Part shown: one piece after another, positions 27,183-35,525 of the stretch
Layout of the letters: each line of letters starts with the position of its first letter
Numbering within the stretch: position 1 is the first letter of the stretch
Assembly: GCA_964346275.1 (NCBI GenBank)
Contig: CAYFUR010000003.1
Location: forward strand, 47,011 to 111,010
Source: an uncultured Candidatus Sumerlaeota bacterium
GTDB lineage: Bacteria; Sumerlaeota; Sumerlaeia; SLMS01
Length of the DNA: 64,000 nucleotides
Direction: 5' to 3'
Position numbers and translations under genes: made by a program
Notes under the pieces: generated by a model
What the model was told of the DNA's origin: nothing
Seen by the model: the letters and a program-made list of their open reading frames with translations, nothing else
Databases searched by the model: none

Positions 27183-28625
27183 ATGGGTGCTTCGCAGGCC
27201 CCCGCGAGCACGAAATTGCCTTTAAGGATTCAGATGCTCGACGACGACGCCACCAGCCTGGCGATGCTCGGGCATGTCCTCTCGCGCCAGGGCTGGGATG
27301 TGATGCCTTGCCAGTCGATCGCCGAAGCCTCCTCAATGCTCCAACAGACCATCCCCGACGTGGCAGTTGTCGATGTCTATCTCGACGGCGAGGATGGACT
27401 CTCCTTCGTCAGCCACTTGCGGAAGGACTATCCAGACGTCGGCATTGTGGTCATTTCCGCGGAAGATACGGAAACGCTGGCAAAAAAAGCCGTGAAATCG
27501 GGGGCTGACTATTTCCTGAGCAAGCCCATCGCCCCGGCCGCATTGGTCCTGACCCTGCGCCGGCTGGCGGAACTGCGCCAGGAACGCCAGCGGGTAACCA
27601 CCCTGGAACACGAATTGGAGCGCTCCGTCCGCGACACGCTCTTTCCCGAAATCGTGACACACAGCGATTCCATGCGCTCGATTCTCCGGCTTGTTGAAAA
27701 GGTGGCCCCCCGCGAGTTATCCGTTTTGATCTGCGGGGAAAGCGGAACGGGAAAAGAACTCGTCGCCCGTGCGATCCACCAGCATAGCCTCCGGTCCAAA
27801 GGGCCTTTCGTCGAACTCAACTGCGCGGCACTGCCTCCCAACCTGGTGGAAAGCGAACTTTTCGGCCATGAAAAGGGAGCCTTCACCGGGGCAGTCGCCT
27901 CGCGCGCGGGGAAGATCGAACTTGCGGACGGAGGCACGCTCTTTCTTGATGAAATCGGAGAGCTCCCGCTGGAAATACAGCCGAAGCTTCTCCGGGCGCT
28001 TCAAGAGCGGCGGGTCACTCGAGTTGGGGGCAAAGAGGACATTCATTGCGATTTCCGCCTGGTGACGGCGACAAATCTCGACCTGCTGAAAGAGGTGCGC
28101 GAGAACAATTTCCGCGAAGACCTCTTTTATCGCGTGTCCGTCTTCCCGATCAAATTGCCGCCGCTACGCGAACGCATGGAAGACATGCCCATGCTGCTGG
28201 CGCACTTCCTGAAACAGGAGGGGATTCAGAACCCACACATTTCCGATGAGGCCCGGGCGGCGCTTCAGGTCTATCACTGGCCCGGGAATATCCGCGAGCT
28301 AAAGAATTTCTCCCAGGCGGTGCCCCTCCTGACGGATAATGAGTTGATCGACGAAGACGCCGTCATGGCCTACTTTGGCAGCCGCATCGGCGGGGGCCCC
28401 CCCCCCCCCCCCCCCCCCCCAAACCCCCCGAAGAGGCAGGGGGGCAGCGGCGGATCAAAAACCCGCCGGCAAAATGGCGGCGCGGGACGCCAGGAAAACC
28501 TCCATGCCTTGCGTGTCTACAACGGCAATGTGCCCGAGGCCGCCCTTGCCCTTGGGATGGGACGAGCCACCCTTTATAAATACATCAAGAAAAACGATAT
28601 CACCCTCGAAAACTTCACCGTATAA
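27183..28625 (+). CDS. Sigma-54-dependent transcriptional activator (NtrC family: REC + AAA+ + Fis-type HTH) with internal Pro8 linker
   Basis: REC domain 'VAVVDVYLDGEDG'. AAA+ sigma-54 domain: 'VLICGESGTGKELVA', the GAFTGA loop 'HEKGAFTGA', 'LFLDEIGELP'. C-terminal HTH 'EAALALGMGRATLYKYIKK'. No adjacent sensor kinase. Confidence 0.9.
   Translation: MGASQAPASTKLPLRIQMLDDDATSLAMLGHVLSRQGWDVMPCQSIAEASSMLQQTIPDVAVVDVYLDGEDGLSFVSHLRKDYPDVGIVVISAEDTETLAKKAVKSGADYFLSKPIAPAALVLTLRRLAELRQERQRVTTLEHELERSVRDTLFPEIVTHSDSMRSILRLVEKVAPRELSVLICGESGTGKELVARAIHQHSLRSKGPFVELNCAALPPNLVESELFGHEKGAFTGAVASRAGKIELADGGTLFLDEIGELPLEIQPKLLRALQERRVTRVGGKEDIHCDFRLVTATNLDLLKEVRENNFREDLFYRVSVFPIKLPPLRERMEDMPMLLAHFLKQEGIQNPHISDEARAALQVYHWPGNIRELKNFSQAVPLLTDNELIDEDAVMAYFGSRIGGGPPPPPPPPNPPKRQGGSGGSKTRRQNGGAGRQENLHALRVYNGNVPEAALALGMGRATLYKYIKKNDITLENFTV
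28397..28420. repeat. 24-nt homopolymeric C tract inside the CDS (encodes PPPPPPPP)
   Basis: c(24) at 28397-28420, followed by aaa and c(6), read directly from the sequence. It lies in frame between the AAA+ domain and the HTH of the sigma-54 activator. Confidence 0.95.
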
Positions 28626-28635
28626 TCCCTCAATC

Positions 28636-28656
28636 TCTTGGAATTTGCCGTTGCGA
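28636..28656 (+). promoter_or_regulatory. Candidate sigma-54 -24/-12 element (imperfect)
   Basis: 'TTGGaatttgccgtTGCg': GG at 28640-41 and GC at 28653-54, but with an 11-nt rather than the canonical 10-nt spacer. About 75 nt upstream of the epimerase start and just downstream of the sigma-54 activator gene. Confidence 0.2.
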
Positions 28657-28729
28657 ACCCATCCCTCCGCGGCGAGGTTGGCCGCCGCGGCGCGACACGC
28701 TGCGCGACATCTTCCAATCGGAGCCCCCG

Positions 28730-29860
28730 ATGTTCAAACGCGTGCTGGTTACCGGCGGTGCCGGGTTTATCGGTTCCCACATGGTCGACCTCCTGCTTGA
28801 AAAGGGCTACAAAGTCCGCGTCTTCGACAATCTCGAGCCACAAGTCCATGGAGAAAGAGACACGCCACCCGGATATCTGTCGCGCGAGGCTGAATTCATT
28901 CGTGGCGATGTACTCGACCGCGATGCCTTGAAGAAAGCGATGGAAGGATGCGACGCGGTGATTCACGACGCCGCCATGGTTGGTGTCGGTCAGTCGCAAT
29001 ACCAGATCCAGCGCTATACGCATGTCAATACAACGGGGACGGCCATTCTGCTGGATATCCTGGCCACGGAAAAAACGACCGTGGAGCGCCTCATGGTCGC
29101 CAGCTCGATGAGTATTTACGGAGAGGGCCTTTATCGGCGGCCATCGGACGGCGCAGCAATGGCCCCTTCGCTCCGTCCGGACCACCAGTTGGAAGCGTTG
29201 GATTTCGAGATGCGCGACCCGGAGACCGGCGAGGCACTCGAGCCGGTGCCTACCCCGGAAAGCAAACCACTTTATTGTACATCGATCTATGCGCTGAACA
29301 AGAAAGACCAGGAAGAATATTCCATCGTGGCAGGCAGGACCCATGGAATCCCCGTTGTGGCCACCCGGTTCTTCAATGTTTACGGGCCGCGCCAATCCCT
29401 TTCAAACCCTTACACAGGGGTGGCAGCGATCTTCTCCTCGCGTATCAAGAACGGCAACCCTCCGTTGATTTACGAGGACGGCCATCAGTCGCGGGACTTT
29501 ATATACGTCCGCGACCTGGTGGAGGCGAAACTTTTTCTCCTGGAAAACGAAAAGGCCAATCTGGAAGCCTTCAATATCTGCACGGGCCGCTCGACTTCGG
29601 TGCTCAAGATCTCCGAGATCCTCGCGGAACTCCATGGCAAGCCAGAACTCAAGCCAGAGGTGGTGAAGCGTTTCCGCTCCGGTGATATCCGTCATTGTTT
29701 TGGAGACCCCAAAAAGCTCGCCAGCCTTGGATGGACTGCCCAGACGCCCCTGGAAGAAGGAATGAAGATCCTTGTGAAGTGGTCCGCCGAGCAGGAAGCG
29801 GTCGACCAGGTGGATAAAGCCCACCGGGAACTCGTCGAACGCGGATTGGTAAAGGAGTAG
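28730..29860 (+). CDS. NAD-dependent nucleotide-sugar epimerase/dehydratase (SDR family)
   Basis: ATG at 28730, preceded by GGAG. 'VLVTGGAGFIGSH' is a Rossmann motif; a YxxxK catalytic motif is expected; the protein is 376 aa. Confidence 0.85.
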   Translation: MFKRVLVTGGAGFIGSHMVDLLLEKGYKVRVFDNLEPQVHGERDTPPGYLSREAEFIRGDVLDRDALKKAMEGCDAVIHDAAMVGVGQSQYQIQRYTHVNTTGTAILLDILATEKTTVERLMVASSMSIYGEGLYRRPSDGAAMAPSLRPDHQLEALDFEMRDPETGEALEPVPTPESKPLYCTSIYALNKKDQEEYSIVAGRTHGIPVVATRFFNVYGPRQSLSNPYTGVAAIFSSRIKNGNPPLIYEDGHQSRDFIYVRDLVEAKLFLLENEKANLEAFNICTGRSTSVLKISEILAELHGKPELKPEVVKRFRSGDIRHCFGDPKKLASLGWTAQTPLEEGMKILVKWSAEQEAVDQVDKAHRELVERGLVKE

Positions 29861-29870
29861 GGTTATCGGG

Positions 29871-31640
29871 GTGCTGCGAGAAAGAAAACCACTGGAATCA
29901 AGGATACCCGATATCGGCGACGATATAGACAGGAAGGAGCGCCGAATCTGGCTCTCCCTTCCGATACTCTATATGCTGGTCATCCTGACCTGGGCGGGAG
30001 TTTTTGGTGTTCGCCTCGCTGGTCCTCCCAATATTATGGATGAGGACCAGCGGCGCCCGGCGGCCTATGCCCTCGACGTGATCGCCAACAACCAGTGGCT
30101 GGTGCAACGCGACGATACCGGAGACATCACCTCAAAGCCGCCGCTCTATACGTGGCTTGTCGTTTTCGCGTCCGGGATCTGGGGAGGACTGGATAACTTT
30201 ACGCTCTACCTGCCGGGCGCCTTGTCCGTTTTGGCGCTGGCTCTCATGATCCAGGCTCTTGGCGCATCAACTTTCGGACGGCTCGGAGGCTTCTTCGGGG
30301 CCGTGGCCTACCTCTTATCATCGGCGGGATTCGAACAGGTCCACCTCGCCCGAACAGATGCGGTCTTTTCGCTCGCGGTTTTCGTTTCCGCGCTGCTCGC
30401 CTACCAGGCGGCGCTGGGCCGGCGGTCCTGGATCTGGTTCTGGCTGGCATCGGCGATTGCCACACTGACAAAAGGACCACTGGGCCTGCTCCTCGCCGCG
30501 GGCGGGCTCCTTGGGCTGATCGGCCTGGGCAGTAAGAAAACAGGCGGAGAAAACCGCCCGGTGGTTCGCCAGCACATAATCGGTTTTGCGCTTTTTCTAC
30601 TGATTTCAGGAGGGTGGTTCTTCCTGGCCTGGCTCAGTGCGGGCCAGCCGCTCATCGACAAAATGATCGGCAAGGAACTCGTCGGCCACGCCGTGGAAAG
30701 CGGAGACGGCCAAAAGCCATTCGAAGGGCTTGTAAAGCCGAGTCTTTATTTTCTTTCACGCTTTCTCCCCTGGTCGGTTTTTGCCCTTATTGGAATCGTT
30801 CGCGTTTTTACGTCCCCTTCCGCAAGCCTTGAGAACCGGCGTATGGAACGGTTCCTCGCGGCCTATTTTCTTTTTGGCCTCGCGCTCTTCTCCATCGCGC
30901 CCCATCAGCGCTGGGTGCATCAGTACCCTTTGCTTCCCGCCGCCTCGTTGCTCGCGGGATGCGAGATCGTGCGTCTTCTCCCCCGCCGCTGGATTTTTCC
31001 TGCATTACGCTGGTATCCGCTGGCGGCGGGAGCCCTCCTGATATGCGCCGGAGTCGTCTATCAAGCAGTTCGAGGCCCGCGCGTCGAACGATCCGTCCTC
31101 TCTCGCGAAGCCGCCGAATACATCGAAGAAGCCACCCACAGCCATTTTCCCATCATGCACGTCGATTCAACCATGGCCGTGCAGTATTACCTGGGCACCA
31201 TGCGGCCGCGTATCACACATGCGCAGGCCGTGGAGGCACTCGCCTCGGACCACGCCGCCTTCGTCCTCGTTCAGGACAAGGACGATTTCGACAAGATCTA
31301 CTGGAAGAATCCGGATGGCATCCACATTATCAAGGATTGGAACGAGTCCGGACGGGATTATCCCTATATGCGTCTTCTCGGAAACCGCCCCGCGATGGAC
31401 CAGTACGAGAGGCTCGTCTTCTATCAAAACGACTTTCGCGTCGCGACTGCGGGAGCGCGCCTGGAACGGATGACCTACAACCAGTTTGAATTCTTCCCCT
31501 ATGGCGAGGCTCCCCGCGCCGTCATCACCAACGACGCGGGAAAACGCCGCACCGTCCGCGTTGGATTTATCGAGGGAGAATCGAAGAAAATGAAGAAACG
31601 CCGTCTGGAACCTGGCGAGTCCGCCGTCTTCACTCCCTGA
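29871..31640 (+). CDS. GT-C glycosyltransferase, ArnT/PMT-like (GT39/GT83 family)
   Basis: GTG start. 'DEDQRRPAAYALDV...SKPPLYTWLVVFA' is an ArnT-type first-loop motif; 'ATLTKGPLGLLLAAGG'; about 12 TM helices plus a C-terminal soluble domain. Confidence 0.75.
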   Translation: MLRERKPLESRIPDIGDDIDRKERRIWLSLPILYMLVILTWAGVFGVRLAGPPNIMDEDQRRPAAYALDVIANNQWLVQRDDTGDITSKPPLYTWLVVFASGIWGGLDNFTLYLPGALSVLALALMIQALGASTFGRLGGFFGAVAYLLSSAGFEQVHLARTDAVFSLAVFVSALLAYQAALGRRSWIWFWLASAIATLTKGPLGLLLAAGGLLGLIGLGSKKTGGENRPVVRQHIIGFALFLLISGGWFFLAWLSAGQPLIDKMIGKELVGHAVESGDGQKPFEGLVKPSLYFLSRFLPWSVFALIGIVRVFTSPSASLENRRMERFLAAYFLFGLALFSIAPHQRWVHQYPLLPAASLLAGCEIVRLLPRRWIFPALRWYPLAAGALLICAGVVYQAVRGPRVERSVLSREAAEYIEEATHSHFPIMHVDSTMAVQYYLGTMRPRITHAQAVEALASDHAAFVLVQDKDDFDKIYWKNPDGIHIIKDWNESGRDYPYMRLLGNRPAMDQYERLVFYQNDFRVATAGARLERMTYNQFEFFPYGEAPRAVITNDAGKRRTVRVGFIEGESKKMKKRRLEPGESAVFTP

Positions 31641-32556
31641 CTGGGAAAGCTTGATCCCAATCTTCGCTCTTCCCTTTGTTCCGTCTCTTTTTCTGGAAGC
31701 CGCCTTCGATCAGTTTCTGGACTTTGGTGCCCCAATCAAAAGGCGTATAGAAGGCGAAAACCGCCTGGACCGCAAACATGCCAATCCCGGCGCCCAAAAT
31801 CACGTCGCCGGGATAATGGCGCCGGTATCGCACGCGCGCAAGTGCACACCCCACTGCAAGCAAATACCAGAGGAACCGGCCTTTCGGAAGAACACGCGCC
31901 AGGTAAGCCGCAAGAACAAAGGCACCCGCGGCATGGCCACTGGGGAAGGAGGAATAATTTGAAATGCTCAGGATTCCGCGCTCTTCGCCAAAGGGGAGCC
32001 TCCCCGAAATCCAACTGAAGATTTCCGTTCCGGGCCGTTCCCGGGAAAACCAGAGCCAGTAGTCTCCAGGAACGGGCTCGAGCACGGTGTTGCTGTATTG
32101 ATTGAGATAAGAGGAAATTTCTTCCTGCTCCGCTTTCCCCATTTTCCAACCATATTTCGGGCGTGCCCGTCCCGTGGAGAATTTGATCGCGTTGACTGCC
32201 AGTGAAGAGATGAGAACCGCGCACAGCAAAGGCACGAGCGTGCCGCGGAGATCCTGGCGATAAATCCAGATCACCAAGGCCACCGTGGCCATCACCGTAA
32301 AAGTCGCGAATTGCTCCGTCGTAGAAAAGAACTCATCGAGAGCATCGAGAGAATACTTCAAAAAGAAGTAGAGAGCATCCCAGGAAGCACGGGAGAACTG
32401 GATTTCAACGGCAGCCACCAGCGCGGGAATTACAAGATAAAGCCAGCTTCTTCCGGTGAGGGGCTTGCGAAAGGGATAATTGCGATTGTCGGACGGAGCA
32501 GGCATTTCCAACCTTGTGCAGAGGAGAATGACTGGGCTTGCCCCTTTGCCGGGCAT
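31630..32556 (-). CDS. PAP2-family phosphatase (membrane)
   Basis: 'FPSGHAAGAFVLAAY...VRYRRHYPGDVILGAGIG' are PAP2 motifs 2 and 3 (PSGH, SRxxxxxHxxxD-like). It is antisense to and overlaps the ends of both flanking GT-C genes; an alternative ATG lies at 32505. Confidence 0.8.
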   Translation of the reverse strand: MPGKGASPVILLCTRLEMPAPSDNRNYPFRKPLTGRSWLYLVIPALVAAVEIQFSRASWDALYFFLKYSLDALDEFFSTTEQFATFTVMATVALVIWIYRQDLRGTLVPLLCAVLISSLAVNAIKFSTGRARPKYGWKMGKAEQEEISSYLNQYSNTVLEPVPGDYWLWFSRERPGTEIFSWISGRLPFGEERGILSISNYSSFPSGHAAGAFVLAAYLARVLPKGRFLWYLLAVGCALARVRYRRHYPGDVILGAGIGMFAVQAVFAFYTPFDWGTKVQKLIEGGFQKKRRNKGKSEDWDQAFPVRE

Positions 32557-32573
32557 CCTGGAAGCAGGTCACT

Positions 32574-34352
32574 ATGACAGCGGATGCTCCCATTGACCCA
32601 GCAAGAAGCGCTTCCCGTGAAGAATCCAGATCGGGAGGAACTCTGACAAAAGGCTTATTCGTGACAAAGCAAAAATGGGTTCCTCTGGTTCTCTTTCTCG
32701 CGAGCTTCGCTCTGTTCCTCCTTGGGAATCATTCCCACGGAGTCTGGAATCGCGATGAATCGCGCTATGCCGTCGCCACGAGGGAAATGATCCAAACAGG
32801 GGATTTGATCATCCCCCACTTCAATGGGGAAGTCCGATACGATAAACCGATTTTGATCTACTGGCTCATGGCGGCGCCCATGAAGGTCCTCGGCGTCAAT
32901 GAGTTCAGCGTTCGCTTTCCCAGCGCCCTCATGGGGGCTTTCCGAGTCGTCCTGATTTACTTCCTGGCTCTCTCTCTTGGTGCCAGCCGCCGAGCCTCCG
33001 TTCTGGCTGGCGTCATGGCCACACTCAGCTTTTTGCTCCTTTTGATTTCCAAGGCGGCGACAACGGATTCCACGCTTGTTCTGACCGTGGTTGCGGCCAT
33101 GTTTCTTTTCTGGCTCCAGGTTCGCCAAGGCTTTACCTGGAAGCGCCATGTCCTGTTCTGGGCGGCGATCGCCTTCTCCGGCCTTGTGAAAGGGCCTCCG
33201 GGCATCCTGGTTGTCGCGCTGGGAACCGTCACGTTCCGGCTGTTGAGCGCCTGGAGGCGCCGCCGTCATCCCGAGTCGCCCGATGAACCGGCCCCCACGC
33301 CTTTTCTGACCTGGCTGGTCCGTTTTGCCGGCGGCCTGGCGGTGCTGCTCCTCATAACGCTTCCCTGGGTGATACCGGCCTGGGTCCGCACCGATGGCGG
33401 CTTCTTCGCGCATTCCATCGGAAAACACGTTATCGAGCGGGCCCAAACGGAAATGGAGGGCCATGGCGGCTCGTTCTTCTATTATATTCCCGTCGCACTG
33501 GCCGCCATGCTTCCCTTCACGGCCCTCTGGGTTGCGTCGATTTACTGGGCCTGGAAAAAACACCGCCGCGTTGAGGTCCGCTTTCTTTGGAGCTGGTTCC
33601 TCCCCGGCCTGATTCTGTTTTCCGCTGTGAGCACCAAACTCCCCCACTACATCGCCCCCTTGCTTCCCGCGATGATCCTCATGGGCGCCCTTTGGTGGAC
33701 TGAACTGGAAGTGGGGAAATTCTCACGCCAGGTGAAACGGTTCGTCCCTTCGGGCTGGTGGTATGCCGGCGCGATTTTCAACCTGGTGGTTGGGGTGGGC
33801 ATCCTCGTTGGGATTCCATTGGCCATCATTGGAATTGGAGCCCCCGTCGGCCCGGTTCCGGTGGCCATCATCGCTGGCTTGCTCGGTCCGGGGCTGATTT
33901 TAGGCGCCCATTTCTGGTGGCGCAGACAGCCAAGACGTTCGCTCGCCTGGAGCGCCGGCGGATGGATTCTGGGCCTGAGCCTTGGCTTTGCCTTCGGCCT
34001 CCCCGCCGTCAATGCCTCCCGCCCCTCCCAGAAAGCAGGGGCCTGGCTCCAGGAAAACGCCCCTGAAGACACCCGCCTTCTCATGGCGGAATTCGATGAG
34101 CCGAGCCTTGTTTTCTATGGCGGCGGGCCGTTCACAACGATCGGCACGGGCGAGCCGGAACGCGCGTTTCGGCTCCTTAACGATTTACAGACACCCACGG
34201 CACTGGTAACGACTCCAGACCGCTGGCGCAAATACCAGCGAGAGTATACCGGGCCGCCTGTCTCGCCGCGGGTTTCCGAGCGCTATCGCGTGAAGGGCTT
34301 TTACTTCGAACGCGGCGAGCCTCTGACCCTCGTCATTGCAGGAAACTGGTAA
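32574..34352 (+). CDS. GT-C glycosyltransferase, ArnT-like (GT83/GT39 family)
   Basis: ATG at 32574 (the ORF is open from TTG 32538). 'NRDESRYAVATREMIQTGDLIIPHFNGEVRYDKPILIYWLMA' is a strong ArnT/PMT N-terminal signature; 'SGLVKGPPGILVVALG'. Confidence 0.8.
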   Translation: MTADAPIDPARSASREESRSGGTLTKGLFVTKQKWVPLVLFLASFALFLLGNHSHGVWNRDESRYAVATREMIQTGDLIIPHFNGEVRYDKPILIYWLMAAPMKVLGVNEFSVRFPSALMGAFRVVLIYFLALSLGASRRASVLAGVMATLSFLLLLISKAATTDSTLVLTVVAAMFLFWLQVRQGFTWKRHVLFWAAIAFSGLVKGPPGILVVALGTVTFRLLSAWRRRRHPESPDEPAPTPFLTWLVRFAGGLAVLLLITLPWVIPAWVRTDGGFFAHSIGKHVIERAQTEMEGHGGSFFYYIPVALAAMLPFTALWVASIYWAWKKHRRVEVRFLWSWFLPGLILFSAVSTKLPHYIAPLLPAMILMGALWWTELEVGKFSRQVKRFVPSGWWYAGAIFNLVVGVGILVGIPLAIIGIGAPVGPVPVAIIAGLLGPGLILGAHFWWRRQPRRSLAWSAGGWILGLSLGFAFGLPAVNASRPSQKAGAWLQENAPEDTRLLMAEFDEPSLVFYGGGPFTTIGTGEPERAFRLLNDLQTPTALVTTPDRWRKYQREYTGPPVSPRVSERYRVKGFYFERGEPLTLVIAGNW

Positions 34353-34393
34353 CGCCGAACCATCTCCGAAAGAAGGATCTGTCCTCCGCCCCG

Positions 34394-35515
34394 ATGATTC
34401 CCTATCTCGACCGCGACCTGCTCCGATCGTTTCTCCTGACTTTTTTCGTCCTGATGGCTTTTATCCAGGTCGGCTACCTGGTTTCCGTTCTCCTGGAAAA
34501 CTCGAGCTATATTTTCGGTGCCGATGAGTCAAAGCTCGGCTGGGTCCTTCTCTATTACGCCGTGACGATTCCACGCCAGGCGTCCTATGCCATTCCCGTG
34601 GTGACATCCGTCTCTCTCCTTTGGGTCTATACACAGAAGAGCCGGCAGAACGAAACCCTGGCATATCTCTCCGGTGGAGTCGGGCCGCCGCGGCTGGCGC
34701 TTCCGCTCATCGTTGCCGCGTTTCTTTTCTCCATCGCCACCTACATGATTATCGAGTACCTCGCCAATCCCGCGGAACGGTATGCTTATCGCATCGAACG
34801 CATCAATATCCAGGACCGCGGACTCGATACCCTGACACGCGAGCAGGACGTTTTTCAAAAAGGACGGGGAAACCGCTTCTATAGCATTCGAGAGTTCGAA
34901 CCCACTGACTCCACCATGGATGCTCCGATCATCATCGACATGGGGCCTCGATGGAGCTCCCCCGTCTGGCGGCTTGACGCGGATTCCGCCGAGCGCACCG
35001 AATTAGACGGCAAAGCCGAATGGGTCTTCTATGATGCCGTTTTCCGGCGGTTTACGCCCGAGGGGACAGTCTCCCAGTTTACTCAGAGGCCACGGCTTTC
35101 GGAAAGCGATCTGGGAGTCAAGCTGGAGGAGGAACTGACGCGCTATCTCCGCCAGCGATTCAAACCGGACCAGATGGGTTTCCGCGAATTGAGGGATTAT
35201 ATCGAGTTGTTTGAGATACAGGGCAAGCCGACCGCCAAGCTGCGGACGCGCCTGCATTTCAATTTCGCCATCCCGCTGAGCAGCTTCATCCTCTCCATCC
35301 TGATGTGCGGCCATATTCTGAGACCGTCCGCCGCCGGCGTGGTTGTCGGCTTCGGCGGCGGACTGGTCATCATTGCGGTCTATTTCGCGAGCATGATCGC
35401 TTTCCGCACCATGGCGGTGTCCGGGGCGGTCGATCCCATTTTCGGTGCCTATACGCCAGCCCTGGTGGGGCTGGTGATCGGGATCATGCTCCTGAAACGA
35501 TACCGGCCGGCCTAG
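34394..35515 (+). CDS. LptF/LptG-family (YjgP/YjgQ) permease
   Basis: ATG at 34394. N-terminal 'MIPYLDRDLLRSFLLTFFVLMAF' is typical of the LptF/G family: three N-terminal TM helices, a periplasmic beta-jellyroll region and C-terminal TM helices. Confidence 0.7.
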   Translation: MIPYLDRDLLRSFLLTFFVLMAFIQVGYLVSVLLENSSYIFGADESKLGWVLLYYAVTIPRQASYAIPVVTSVSLLWVYTQKSRQNETLAYLSGGVGPPRLALPLIVAAFLFSIATYMIIEYLANPAERYAYRIERINIQDRGLDTLTREQDVFQKGRGNRFYSIREFEPTDSTMDAPIIIDMGPRWSSPVWRLDADSAERTELDGKAEWVFYDAVFRRFTPEGTVSQFTQRPRLSESDLGVKLEEELTRYLRQRFKPDQMGFRELRDYIELFEIQGKPTAKLRTRLHFNFAIPLSSFILSILMCGHILRPSAAGVVVGFGGGLVIIAVYFASMIAFRTMAVSGAVDPIFGAYTPALVGLVIGIMLLKRYRPA

Positions 35516-35525
35516 GATCCGTATA

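Noticed and set aside
28421-28430. Second short C(6) run after AAA following the poly-C tract
   Set aside because: It is part of the same Pro-rich linker and not independently notable.
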